Positions 34,241 through 47,400 of a stretch of DNA of 55,382 bases are shown here, piece after piece (the first letter of the stretch is position 1; each line of letters starts with the position of its first letter). The DNA is from Saprolegnia diclina VS20 (Eukaryota): NCBI RefSeq assembly GCF_000281045.1, contig NW_008246090.1, positions 347,704 through 403,085 of the forward strand, in the 5' to 3' direction. The notes under the pieces were generated by a model. It saw nothing but the letters and a program-made list of their open reading frames with translations. It made no database searches and was not told where the DNA came from. Made by a program: the position numbers and the translations under genes.

Positions 34241-35821
34241 ATGAGTTACTTGGTCGTCGCCGTCCCCAACGAAGGCAACCGCTCGACCGACACGACCTTC
34301 AACGAGCTCAAGGCCGAGACCGGCTCCTCGAAGAACGACCTCGCTGGTAGGCGCGGCGTGGCGCGGCGAAGGACCAACTCTTGCTTCGTAGAATGCCACC
34401 GCTTTGATCTGCCCTCCGACTTGCTCGTGGGCACGCTCGACTCGCTCATGGTACGTCAACGCTATGGCGCGCCATAGCCTTATGCAATGCTAGACGCTCG
34501 GCGAAGACATGCACCGCATCGACATGTCGGTCGAAGCGGCTGTGCGCAAGATTGAGCGCCAGTTCCACGAACTCAACAAGGGCGGCGAGGCGTTGACCGT
34601 CGACGGCGGTACCTTGACCGCTTCGGCCGCATGCATGGCTCATAGCGTGGCGCTTTCTAGTCCCGGTCGAGCGCTACTTGAGCCATTTTTCGTGGGACGA
34701 GGCCAAGCACCCGCATCGCCGTCCGTTGTCGGAGATCGTCTCGATCATCCAGTCGGTGCGACTACCCCCTACGATACTGTGCTTGCTCATTATATATGTG
34801 TCTAGTCGATTGCTAAGATTGAAGACGAGCTCAAGCAGCTCAGCACGCGCTACACGGAGAAGAAGCAGCAGCTCGCGTTGCACCAAAAGAAGAAGAGGTA
34901 CGCCGCTCGCTCTTCATCAATGGCTGATGGCGCTCTCTGCGTCTGTAGCGGCAACCTCCTCGTCGCCAACCTCACGGACGTCTTGACGCCGGACGTGGTC
35001 AAGGCCACGGACTTTGTCAACACCGAGTACCTCCAGACGCTCGTCGTCGTCGTGCCCAAGAGCCAGGAGGAAGTCTGGCTCCGCGAGTACGAGGCGATCG
35101 GCAACGACATTGCCGAGTACGGCCCGAAGCAGTCGCGCGGTAGCCTCAAGGGCTCGCCCGTCGTGCCCGGCTCGTCGCGGTACCGTCCTCTGTGTCTTAG
35201 TATCAATGTCTCAACTGTTACTGCAGGAAGCTCGTGGAAGAAGGCGACTCGACCTTGTACACGGTCACGATCCTCAAGGGCCAGTACCAGAGCGGGTCGT
35301 TCGACAACGATGGCACGTTCGAGGCCGGCACGCTCCTCGATTACGTCGAGAAGTTCAAGCAGGCAGCGCGCGAGAAGCGGTTCCAAGCGCGCGACTTCAC
35401 CTACGACCCGACGGCGCATGCGACCAACGAGACGATGATCGCGGAGCTCGAGGTCGAGGTCAACCGCCTCTACACCGGTCTCCTTCGGTGGTGCAAGGCG
35501 CACTTTGGCGAGACCTTTATCGCATGGATGCATGTCAAGGCCGTCCGAACGTTCGTCGAAGCCGTCCTTCGCTACGGTCTTCCGGTGAACTTTACCGCCA
35601 TTCTCTACCGCGTACGCTGTGTGTGTTGTGTACAATATTGTCTTATATCGATTGTCTTGCTGTAGCTCAAGGCGGGCAAGGAGAAGAAGCTGCGAACGGT
35701 GCTCGAGAAGCGCTACGAGCATTTGCAGCCGTCGCAGTTTGCGTCGGTGGAAGAAGCGGCGAACGCGCAAGAGTACTTTGCGTACGTCTCCAACTCGTTC
35801 AGCCCGCTCGCGCTGGCGTAA
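34241..35821 (+). CDS. ATP6V1C: V-type proton ATPase subunit C, multi-exon
   Basis: [81 protein letters not shown]. Confidence 0.92.
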
Positions 35822-35932
35822 GCCATTTGTTTACGAAACAAGACGCAGTTGTGTGCCCATATTGTCGTACGAACGACATACGATTATGTTTTTGGGTGTC
35901 GGTTGGGGTTGGGGTTAGAGAAGGATGGATAC

Positions 35933-38385
35933 TCAGAGACGGCTGCTCAACGCCGTCGCGCGCGGAAGACCAAAGACCGTCGCGAGCACGTCATCGAGGT
36001 CGCTCACGTACGTGATTGCGAGCCCGAGCTTCGGGCCCCACTCGTCCCCGTCCGCGCGATTGGCAGCGGGGAGGAGGACGCGGGCAATGCCTGCTCGCTT
36101 GGCGGCCTGCAGCTTTTGGGGCACTCCGCCGACAGGCAAGACGACACCGCGCAGTGTGATCTCGCCCGTCATGGCCATGTCCACCGGCACGAGCCGCTTT
36201 GTCACAACCTAGTACGATAGCAAACTGGTTGACCATCATCCATCAAGTTGATTTTACCGAAACGAGCGCCGAGACGATCGCAATGCCAGCCGACGGACCG
36301 TCTTTGGGGGTTGCACCGTGCGGGAAGTGAATGTGAAACTCGCCAATCGAGCGCAATGCCGTCGAGGACTCGAGGTAGACGCGCAGCCACGTGAGCGCGA
36401 GCTGCGCCGACTCCTTCATGACGTCGCCCAGCGCCCCCGTGAGCTGCAAGCCAATGCTGGATGCAGACGAAGACGATGAGGTTCGTGGCAAGGCCGTGGC
36501 TTCGACAAAGAGAATCGCGCCGCCCGACGGTGTCCACGCAAGCCCGGTGGCGACACCGTGGACGCCGGTGCGGAGAGCGACTTCGTCATGCACTGTGTCT
36601 GGTCCCAAGATGCCCGAGACAAAGTCGATCGAGAGACTCGACGGAAGCGGCTGTTGCTGCACGACGAGGACGGCCAAGTGGCGGCAAATGGCGCCCATCT
36701 AGAGGACGACGATATGTCAAGATGAGATGGCACATGTGAAGTACCTTGCGCTCGAGGTCGCGGACACCGGCTTCGCGCGTGTGGCTCTGAATCACAAACG
36801 ACAGCACGTCGTCGTCGAGCGCAAAGGCCTTGTCGGTGAGCCCGTGCTGTGTGAGCTGCCGCGGCCAAATGTACGTCGTAGCGATCGCCACTTTTTCCTC
36901 GAGCGTGTAGCCGTCCAGATGCAGGACCTCCATGCGGTCGAGCAGCGGTCGCGGAATCGTTTCAACCGAGTTGGCGGTCGCGACAAAGAGAATGCGGCTG
37001 AGATCGAAAGGCACGTTGGCGTAGTGGTCGGTGAACGCATGGTTTTGGTGCGGATCGAGCACCTCCAAGAGCGCGTGGCTCACACTCGAGGTCGACGCCG
37101 TCCGCGACGAGAGCTTGTCGATTTCATCCAAGACGACGAGCGCATGGGCACTCTGCGCCCGGCGCAGCGCCGAGAGAAGGCTCCCGGGCATCGCGCCGAC
37201 GTACGTCTTGCGGTGGCCGCGGACTTCGGTTTCGTCGGCCACCCCCCCGAGCGCGAGGCGTGCTAGCGGACGACCGGTGGCCGTGGCCATCGACTGCGCG
37301 AGCGACGTCTTGCCGACGCCCGGTGGCCCCACGAGGCAAAGGATGAGGCCTTTGCCAGCGTCCTGGAGCTGGCGCACGGCCATGAATTCCACGAGCCGCG
37401 TCTTGGCCTTGGTCATCCCGTAGTGATCGGCGTCCAGCGTCGCTTGGACCGTCGCCATGTCGAGCGCGGGCGGCGGCGGCGACGTCCACGGCAAGTCGAG
37501 CATGAACTCGAGGTAATTTTGAATCACGTGGTACTCGGGCTGCTGCGGGCTCATGCGCTTGAGCCTTGCCAGCTCCCGTGAGAGGACTTTGGCAGTCGCA
37601 GGGGCCAAGCTCGCGTCGAGCGCAGCCAGCTTCTTGGCCAAGCCGTCCATTTCGTCGCCATCCTCGTCGTTGCCACTGTGGTTGTTGTCTTCGCGGGCGT
37701 TGGTGAGAGAGGTGGGCGAAGCAGGGGTTTTGCGGAACAGAGTGAGCGCACGGCTATTCGAATTCGCGCCTTGGGCCATCGCGACGAGCAAGTCGAGCCG
37801 CGTGCCAATGTCGGCTTCATCGAGAAGTGCTTGCTTTTGTTGCAGCGAGCCTTGGACATGGGCCGAGAGCATGTCAATCCACGCGCTGATCTTGGCGAGC
37901 GCGCGGTCGTCGTCGTCCGAGAGCCGAGGCAACTGCATGCGCTTCGAGACAGCAAACGTAGCAGTCACGTGCTTGATGAGGTCGCGCAGTGGCCGGACAT
38001 CGCCGTTGGTGTCGTACGTGTCGTCGACCTTGTCGAGCGTTGCGAGGATGAACGGTGCCGTCTGGTGCGTCTCGGCAATACGAATGCGCGAGAGTCCGTG
38101 GAGGAGCATCGAGTACTCGTACTCGTGCGCGTTCTTGCGGAAGGTGCGCGCGCGCTGGAGCTGCACGACGCGCGCCAACGTGCCCGTGGCGCCAAGCGTG
38201 TCAGCGTGCTCGGTGAAGACGCCGACGTGGACGGGCGCGATGGCCGCCGCTTCGAGCGACGCATGGAACGACTTCCAGAGCGTCTCCTGCACGAGGCGCA
38301 GGCTGCTCTCGCGGCCCACCGACACGCGCAGGTACGCGCCCGGGAAGAGCACCGCGTCCCGGATCGCCAAGACCGGCGCCGCCAT
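35933..38385 (-). CDS. LONP2: Peroxisomal Lon protease (three exons)
   Basis: Lon N-domain VLFPG, Walker [23 protein letters not shown], Walker B LDEIDK, catalytic KDGPSAG and the Lys in [11 protein letters not shown]-terminal PTS1 tripeptide SRL. Confidence 0.9.
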
Positions 38386-39135
38386 GATGATCGAGATCGT
38401 TTGGAAATGCCACCCAGGCGGTAAACAAAAGCATCCGCATAACAGTTTATCCGAACGCGCAGGATCGGCTTTCGAGAACCATCGTGCCACGTCCAGCACC
38501 CAAGCGCCCTTGACCATGCACCCTTGACGAGACGCGAGCTGGAAGGCGCGCTTGCATATACAAGTGAGCAAGAGTGCGTCGGTGTCTGTCTCTTGGGCTC
38601 GCTGCGCTGTCGCCACGTTCACAGCAAGCACCAGAACTGAGGGAATGACAGAAAGGGACAAACTCCTAACCCAGCTCATTTAGACCATACTACAATTGTA
38701 CATTGTACGGGATGGAAGGGTCGATCGGTGCTCCAACGCACGTCGTGGTTGATGGGCGGAGGACTGTGTCTTGGGCTGGACGCGTGGCACGCTCACGGCA
38801 GCGGATTCATTTGTCCAGCCAATCAAGGTCTAAACTAGTTGCAAAACCTACGTGGCGAGCTAAGAACTTGGAAATAGCTATTGTAATATTCATTGCCCTA
38901 GTAACAACTAGATTCCGAAAGGTTTCTTCGATAAATTTCTTACAATTTCTCGGGAATCCCTCACCTTCGCAAGAAGGTGTCCTTCGGTCATTGCACTTTG
39001 TTTTTCGTTCATTGCACTTTGGCTCCCTCGACGACAACACTTGTGCTCCAGTCAGCACTGTCCCCACCCCAGCTGGGCACACAAGAAAGCTCCCTTCAAG
39101 TAAATCCACAAATATTCAAGAGGTATCGTCTCGCT

Positions 39136-41204
39136 CTACGAGCTCTGGACAGCCGCGTAGCCACCCGTGAGGGCCGGGAACGAGATCCACTCGAGTTGGA
39201 GCGCCTGTGCCCACATGGCGGGGTCGCCCATTGCATAGCATGTATTGAGGTGCGGTGGGCCGTACACGTCGAGGCAGTAGCCTGCGTGCCCCATATGCTG
39301 GAGCTGGCGCGTTTGCGGGTTGTAGCGCCAGAGCTGGTTGACGTTGCCGGGTACGCACTCGTAGAGGTGGACGGCACCGCCGACCTTGGCCTCGTACGCG
39401 TCGAGGCACTGACCGCTACCTTGGTTCATGACCGTGTAGTCGAGGTGGTTGAATAGCCAGAGCTGCGACGTGTCCCGCGCCAAAGGCGACTGAAAGGTCA
39501 GTCCTGCTGTGAGCACGAGCGACGCCAATGACGCAATGCGTAGCCGAGCGACTTCGATGCCAAGCGTGAAGAACTGGGCCGTACTCGCCGTGTCGCAAGC
39601 AACAAGCCGCCGGTTACCGACCAAGTCCGTGTTGATCGCCGCGTCCACGAGCGCCAGACAGAGTCCTTTGTTTACAAGTTGGTGGTTGACGAGCTGCCAC
39701 TTTTGGTTGGCATTGCTGCCGTCGCAGCTGTAGCCATGGATGACGTTGCGCTGGAGACCATTGTCAAAGTACGCGTCGAGGCAGTTGCCATTTGTGAGCG
39801 ACTGCAGCTGCTGCGTGCTCGGGTTGTAGCTCCAGCGCTCAGCGACCAGCGGCCCCATGGCCGCAATCCACGCGGGATCGGCAGCTAGACTTTGCGTCTG
39901 CGTCAGCAGGCTGAGTCCGACGCCGTTCGACTGCAGGACACTGAGCGGCGGCGACGACCCGACCGCATTCTACACACCATGTTATGAGCAAACATGTCCA
40001 TGGTCCACGTCGATAATACCGCGGCCGTGCGCACAATCGGGTACTGCATGCGGCGCAAGAGGTCTCGGAGCGACCACTTGTTCCCATTCCCGTCGCCGTC
40101 CGCCCGCCACGTCCAGTACGCCCACCCGCCTTGGGCTGCGTTCATGACCGGCACGAGCTGGCGCCGAAACGACGCTAATGCATCAGGATTCGAGAACGTG
40201 CTGGCTGGCGTCACGATGCTCCACTCGCCAAAGTAGAGCGGGTGGCCGCGCCAGTTGGCAATGTTGTTGGCGATACTGTTGATGCCTTGGTTGAGCAACA
40301 TCGCCTCCGAGTAGCTCTCGTAGCCCCAAATCAGGTACGGGTGCCACTCGATCCACACGTTTTGCATCGTCTTGCCAAAGTCGCCCATGGCGTCGCCGTT
40401 GCCGGCATACTGGTTGTACAGCCGCGGCATCATGGTGAGGATGCAGTCCGAGACGGACCGGACGTCGTTGTACGACGCCATGTAGTACGAGAAGAGCACG
40501 TTCGAGTTCATTTGCCCGTCCGGCTCGTTCAGCAGCCCGACGCCGAGGAACGCCGGCTCGTTCTTGTACCGGTCCACGAGGAAGAGCACAAGATCGCGCG
40601 TCACCTTGACGTTGATTGGGTCGTTGGGCCAGTCGACTTTGCCTTTGACAACCGCGGCACTGTGGTCGTTGCCGTTCTGGGACCCTGGCGCGCCGTGGAT
40701 GCTGATGAGGACCGCGACGTCTGCCGCGCGCGCCCACTGCTGAATGAGCATGTCGAGGTACTTGAGGCCACCTGGCGCAAAGACCGAGCACTAGTCATAT
40801 GAGCGCTCCCATCGGTACAGGAGGCAGCGAACCTGCTGGAAGAGGGCGCCGGTGAGCATACCGCAGCCGCGAATCCAATACCCGACTGGCACGCGCACCG
40901 TGTTGAGGCCTGCCGCACCGACCTGCGCAATGTCGGCTTGCGTAATGAACGACCGCCGATGGCTCTCAAAGGCTGCGTCCCCCGCGCTGTGGCCAAGGAC
41001 ACTCATCGCGTGGTACTCGCCCTGCGCCGCTCTGTCGGCTGGCACGCCGTTCCAGATGCTCGACGACGTCGTCATCCAGTACTCGGCGACGAGCCAGCCG
41101 CCGAGGTTGACGCCGCGGCTGGGCACGCGCCCAGCGCGAATGTCTCCCTGGACGTGCCCATCGGCGCCTATGGCAGCAGCCAGCACGAGCGCGACGACTC
41201 GCAT
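39136..41204 (-). CDS. Secreted GH5 exo-beta-1,3-glucanase-like enzyme with C-terminal ricin-B lectin repeats (three exons)
   Basis: Signal peptide MRVVALVLAAAIGA. RGVNLGGWLVAEYW, NTVRVPVGYW, HGAPGSQNG, acid/base LLNEP and nucleophile FGEWS. QxW ricin repeats (CLDAY...NQKW, CLDAY...NQLW). Confidence 0.9.
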
Positions 41205-41337
41205 TGCGCAAAAGCTCAAGTGGGTCGGTTGGCATCGTTCGAGGCGCCACGTCAATTCTCCGTCGCTGCGTTGACGCGTTGATACGCATCGTGGGCGAGA
41301 AGAACGCGCAAAGAATATTCTTCCTATTGGCGGTTGC

Positions 41338-42446
41338 TTACGCCGTCGACACTTCGTAGAGCTGCAGCAGCGCGTCGTCGCCGCCCGAGACGAGGCGGGA
41401 GCCTGTCTCGTTGTACGCGACGCTCCACACTTGGTCCGTGTGGCACTCGAAGGTGTAGAGGCAGCTCTTGGCCGCGAGGTCCCAGATCTTGACCTTGCGG
41501 TCGCCGCCGCTAATGCGCAGTCGCAAGATGAGTCTCGAATCTTTCATCTCAGACGACAAAAACGATATACCCAGTCGCAAAGTGCTTGCCATCGGGACTG
41601 CAAGCGACGCCGAGGACCCACGAAATGTGGCCAGCGACCGACGCGACCATGCTGCTGTGGGCGCTAGCAAGGGCGTGTGAGACGTCATGTTGACCGATGG
41701 AAGACGGCTCGTACACATCGTAAATATTGACGTGCATGTCGTCCGAGGCGGCGAGGAGGAAGCTGCCGTCGGGGCTGTACGCGATCGAGCGCACGGGCTT
41801 GGTCCGATCTACAAGCGCCATGAGCCCGAGCGTGTACATGTCATCGAATCTGACCTTGGTACGCTTGCAGCTGCTTGCCCGACTCGACGTCGTAGATGGC
41901 CACGAGGCCATCAAAGGTCGAGCACGCCAAGTGCTTGCCGTCGGGCGAGTAGGCGACCGAGAGCACAAATTTGCCCTTGGCATCGGACGACGACGACGCT
42001 TTCGCGGGCTTTTCTTCTTCGACGACAATCGACTGCACGACCTTTTCGTCCGCGACGTTGATGATGTTGATCTTGCCCTGCTGCGAGCCCGTCGCGACGA
42101 ACGCACCGTCCGGCGAGTAGGCGACCTGCCACGTTTCGCCAGCGCCCGTGTCGATGGTCTTTTCAATGCCACCCGTCTCGAGGTTGAGGATGCGCACTTG
42201 GCAGTCGAGCGACGACGTGGCGGCGCGACGGCCGTCCTTGGTCGCGGCGACGCCGAGCGTGCCCAGCACGTGGCCCGGGAACTGCTTGACGACCGGCAAG
42301 ATCGCATTGTCCTCGGTGCTGCTGGCGTCCCAGCTCTTGACGACCTCGTCGACGGACCCGCTCAGAATCTGGTTGCGGCTCGTCCAGACCGTGCTCCAGA
42401 TGCCATCGTTGTGCGCCGAGCTGACCTTGGCGGATGCTCGGTACAT
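41338..42446 (-). CDS. WDR61: WD40 protein WDR61/Ski8, multi-exon
   Basis: [77 protein letters not shown]. Confidence 0.88.
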
Positions 42447-42707
42447 GGTCGCCACAAACCGAATTTGTATTTTCGGAAATAGTGTTCAGACAGGCGGCGT
42501 TTCACGATAAATAGTATTCTTTAATGGCCACAAGAAGCGGACATGGCCCCTATCGAGCCAAGCGCTACTCGATGCACACGCCGCACGCACACACGATTGC
42601 GCAAAGGGTGACAGTATCATCCATGCTCTGCGCCGTGCGACGAGCAACGGGCCACGAGATGCCTCGATCTTAGTACACTATTTCGAGGTGTTGGGCGTTG
42701 TATCCGG

Positions 42708-43723
42708 ATGATCCCGCCGATTGAGATTGCAGTTTGGACGATGCTGCTCCGGCGATGGGCACCGGCCGCACGACGACACTACTACGCGTGGCACGACGTG
42801 CCGTACGCTGCTGAGCCCCACGCGCGACAGACGCTCGTACGCTCTATCTGCCTCGCCCTGCTACGCGTGCCAAGAAGCACCTTGTAGGACATCGTGGTGC
42901 CAAAAGAGCCGCCATTTCCGAGAGCATTGCTACCTGTGATCTTCTTTGTCCATGGTGGCGCGTGGCAGCGCGGCGACAAGGCCGGGCGGCTGAGCGCCGA
43001 CCTGGCGCCGACCTTAGCCCAGAGCGTCGGTGCGCTTGTTGTCTCGATCAACTACCGCCTCTCGCCCGAAGTGCGCTACCCCGCGCACGTGGAAGACGCC
43101 GAGTTGGCACGGCAATGGCTCCACGACCACATTGAAAAGGTATTGGTACCCCCTGTGACGATACAATATGCTTATATTGCAAGGTGGGCTAGTATGGAGG
43201 CGACGCAAGCCGCGTTGTTTGGGTAGGCCATAGCGCGGGCGCCCATACGATCATGAAGATGCTGCTTGCACCAACAGCGACATCGGTGCTGCCACCGCCT
43301 CGCGGCGTCGTCGGCATTGCAGGTGTGTACAACATTGTCCGCATGGCCAATGCGTCCATGTATGGCGGACTGGTTGTCACGCCTGTCTTTGGTGATAACG
43401 CCCAAGTGTGGCGGGAAGCCTCCGTGATGCAGCCGACACTGCAGAGCGTCGACGCCATGTGCCCGATCTTGCTTTTGAACGCGAGCGACGACTTGCACCT
43501 TCAGGACGACAGTCGCGAGTTGCAGCAGTGGTTTGGCAACCACGGCCATGTACGTTGCCGTGATCTCGCTCAAACCAATGTGTCAATGTCAACTGTCTAG
43601 GAGCGTGTCACCCACCACGTAGTACCCGAGACGAACCACCTCTCGATCTTGGGCGATGTGAGCGGCAGCTCCAAGACGACAGCGCTCATTGTCGACTTTA
43701 TCAAGAGCATTGTACAGTTGTAA
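42708..43723 (+). CDS. Alpha/beta hydrolase (kynurenine formamidase / HSL-like esterase), multi-exon
   Basis: DVPY...RQTL|DI, FVHGGAWQRGDK, NYRLSP, nucleophile elbow GHSAGAH, candidate Asp (ASDD) and His (TNHLS). Start codon is inferred. Confidence 0.8.
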
Positions 43724-43745
43724 TCGAAGAATCGTGGATTGATGC

Positions 43746-44111
43746 TTACACGCCCTTGCGGTCGGTCATGGCGCGGATGATGCAGCCGCTGCCGGCCTTG
43801 GCTGCGAGCTGGCCATGCCACTCGAGAAAGACCGAGTTGTTCTGGGGCACCGAGAGGCCCTTGTACACGTACTTCATCAAGTTGTCTTCCAAGTCGGGCG
43901 TGAGCTCCTGCACGGTGCGCGCAATGTCGGCCTTGGAGCAAGCAAGCAGCGCGCTAAAGACAGTCTGGGCGTTGGCGACGCGCGTGGCCTCGTCCGGCGC
44001 GTTCACGGGCGGGTTCTCCAGCGAGGTCGACACGGCCTCGACAAACTTCTTCTGCAGGATCAGCTGCTGGACGCGGCTGGCGCGGGCGCGGACCTCGGCG
44101 TCGTCGCTCAT
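43746..44111 (-). CDS. ARPC5: Arp2/3 complex 16-kDa subunit
   Basis: SLENPP, DNLMKYVYKGL, LEWHGQL, GSGCIIRAMTDRKGV. Confidence 0.9.
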   Translation of the reverse strand: MSDDAEVRARASRVQQLILQKKFVEAVSTSLENPPVNAPDEATRVANAQTVFSALLACSKADIARTVQELTPDLEDNLMKYVYKGLSVPQNNSVFLEWHGQLAAKAGSGCIIRAMTDRKGV

Positions 44112-44239
44112 GCTGCTGCTGCGGGCAGATCGTCTTTGTTGCAACCTGGGGCCGGATGGCGAAACCTCATTACAAGCACATATGGTTACAAGCACAAGAA
44201 CATCATTCCGTGTAACGCGCCGTGAAGATCGTAGTAAAA

Positions 44240-44290
44240 CGTCTGATTGGCTAAAAAGCTGTCGACGCGCCCGCTGATTGGCCAATGCAA
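44240..44290. promoter_or_regulatory. CCAAT-box cluster in the ARPC5/ATG11 divergent promoter
   Basis: CTGATTGGCT and CTGATTGGCCAATG lie between divergent ATGs at 44111 and 44478. Confidence 0.4.
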
Positions 44291-44477
44291 GTGCGACTCG
44301 GCTAACGAGAATTCTGTCCAAAATGGGATCGGTACTGCATTAAAAATCCGTTTCGACCTACCTCTTTTTTTATTGCAAATACAAAGCGAGAGTAATAAAA
44401 AGATCAAGTCGAATATTAATTTGGAAACGTTTTATTTGGCCCAGAAATCGGACTTCGGGAATAACGAATACGGCAAC

Positions 44478-47400
44478 ATGGAGAGACCGGCCCATGACGG
44501 CGACGACCCGACAAGCGCTCCGCCGGCGCCCGCGGTCCTCCGCGTCTCCGTGGTCAACGCCATGGATGGCATGCAGTATGACGTCGACCTTAGCAGCAGG
44601 TACGCATGGCCAGCGAAGCGAATGCGACGGCTAACGCTGCCGACCAGAGCGACGGGCAACGTCCTGCGCCAGGAGCTGCTGGTCGCGACGGGCATCCCGA
44701 CCGACGAGCAGATCCTGCTTTACGGTCCGCCCTACACACGCTTGGACCCGAAGAAGACGATCGAGTCGTACCAATTTCACACATCCCAGGTACCGACTTG
44801 CGTATTGGCGGCGGGAAGCAGCATATCCTGGTAATGGTAGAAGGCCGTCTTTGTCTACGACCGGCGCACGCTCTCGCAAGAGACATTGGCCATCGCACCG
44901 ACCGTGCTGCAGCCACAGCACTACGAAGGTGCGTCGACTTCGTCTCGAACCTTCGCGCTCACGACAACGCTTGCAGTACCATCCCTCTCCCCGTCGTCGG
45001 CGCCGGCCGCGCGGCCCTTGTACGAGTCGTCGAGCCCGCTTTTGAAAGCCTTGTACGACTACGAGGTGCAGTTCAAGGCTGTCGCGATGATGGGCCAAAC
45101 GCTCGACACCGTCGCACAGGTACATTTAGATCGACATTGCCAAAGTGCAATGTGGACGCGCATGGATGTAGGCGCGCCTTGATGCATGTGACACGTGCTT
45201 GGCGCAGCAGCGGGCACAAGCATCCGCGATCCAAGCCGCCATGGCCAACCTCGATACCTTTCACATGTCCTACTTGCATCTCGCATCTTCCATCTCACGC
45301 ATCGTCTCGACTAGTGCCATGACACAGCACTTTCAGCCGTTCTGGAAGGACTTTCGCAGCACGAGCGAGCACCACGAAGAGCTCCTGACACACCTCGAGG
45401 CGTACATTGGTCGCCTCGAAACGATCCCACTCCACCCGGCGCTGCAGACGCCACCTCACCGCACGACCCTCTACGACTGCATTCCGCTCGAGCGCGTCCG
45501 GGACTGGCGCACGCAATGCGAGCAGTCGCACACGCACCTGCAAGCCAAGATGGAGGCGCTCGCCGCCGCGTACCACGCCCTCACCGAAAGCATCCGCGTC
45601 GGCCTCACGTCGAGCACCCAGTCGGCGCGGCCAGCGCCGGACCTGCTACGGCAGCGCGATGTGCTCTACGCCAAAGTGGTCTCGTCGACCGACCACATGA
45701 ACGTCAAGAGCATCGTGGCGACTCTGCAGACCAACTACGAGACGGTCGTCCAGCGCGTGGCCGAGACCGTGCCGCAAAACGTGCTGCCGGAAGCGACGGC
45801 GACGAGCAGCAGCAGCATGACGACCAGCTACATGTTTGCGTCGGCCACAGTCCTCGAAGCGTTTCGCGGTCTCGACGAGATGCAGCGGGACCAAGCGGCG
45901 CTGGTACGTCAAACGACAGATGCGCTTGTGGACTGATATACCGGGTGGTCCTAGCTGCCGCATATCCACCAGGTGGTCGACGACGAGCTCAAGACGTTTA
46001 TGCTTGCAGTCGCCGAGAGCAAGGACAGCATGAGTGCGGCCGTGCACACCCAATTGCGCTGGGTGTCCCGCGTCCAGTCGGAGATTCGCGACTTTGAACA
46101 GACGCTGAGCTTGCTCAAGGACGCTCTGGCTGTGCAGAAGCGGCAGTTTGCCGAGCTCAACCACGTGGCCAAGCTGCCAGGTAGAGAGATGGAGGATGTC
46201 GGGTGACGGCGACGCGTCATATTGTGTCTCTAGAGGCCTACGACGCGTGCCTTCAGGAGATTGTTCGTCGACGCTCGTACGGGCGCGAGTTTACGTGGAA
46301 GATCCAGAGTATGGGCGAGAAGCTCGCACAGATGCGCGAAGATGAAGTGCTCTTGCGCGACGCGTTTCTCAAAGAGTTTGGGCAGCATCTCCCGCGCGAC
46401 TTTGTGCCCGGGCTTGTCGAGAAGCCGTCCCACTGCGATATCCGCATGCGGCCATTCGACACGGTACACTGGATCGCATTGGATATCGTGTCGGAACCAG
46501 TGGATGTAGGCACTGCCGGCCATTGATGCGCCGTCGCCGGCCCCGTTTGAGATGGAGCAGCGTGAACTCGATGTGCTTCGCAACCGCTGCAAGGAGCTCG
46601 AAGGGCGGGTCGACGAGCTGCAGACCGAACTCGACGACCAGAAGAAGGCGTCGTGCCATTGCAGCTCGTTCTCGAACGCATCGAGGTACTCCTTCATCTC
46701 GTCTACCTTGCATGGGCCAATGTCCTGTGTAGCATGAGCTGCAGCGCCGAGAAGGGCCCCAACTTTCCATTGGTGCTTGCCCTCGCGGCGACGGCCGGCC
46801 ACCCCGCGGGAATGGCCAACTCGTCCGAGCTCCTCGACAAGACTGCGCGCCTCGAAGGCATGCTGGACGAGCGCAACACGATGGTCGCGTCGCTCGAAGC
46901 CCGCATTGCGTCGCAGGACGAAGCGCTCTTGCGCGTCAATGACGAGTGCGAAGGCGCCAAGAACGACCTCGCACACGCCCAGTTCCTCCTCGGGTCGCAG
47001 CGCTCGGCGCTCAAGCAGATCTGGAACCTGGTGGGCATGGACGAGGCGACGTTGGAGATGCAGACAGTCGACGGACTCCAAAAAGGGTTGGACGCTTTCG
47101 AAGACATGTGGCTGGCCAAGCAGCAGCAACTGCACGTGTCGACGACCGCGGCGCCGAGTGACAAGGCGATCGCCAGCGACGACATTGTGTCCAAGATCGC
47201 GTTCCGGTCGTTTAGCTATGACGACCTCGCGCTCTTTTTGCCGACGTTTGCGCCGAGTGACGCGGGCGCGGCCAAGATCTACCTCGCGTTCCACCTCGGG
47301 TGCCCGAACCGGTTCCTCTCGGACGAGTCGATTGCGATGTTTCACCAAGCCCAAAACAGGTTTGTATCAAGATATCAAGCGCCGTGGCGACATATGTTGT

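Noticed and set aside
38386..38679. 98-aa N-terminal extension of Lon as a mitochondrial presequence
   Set aside because: Non-coding-like composition. The Lon N-domain begins right after ATG 38385 and the C-terminal PTS1 favours the peroxisomal isoform.
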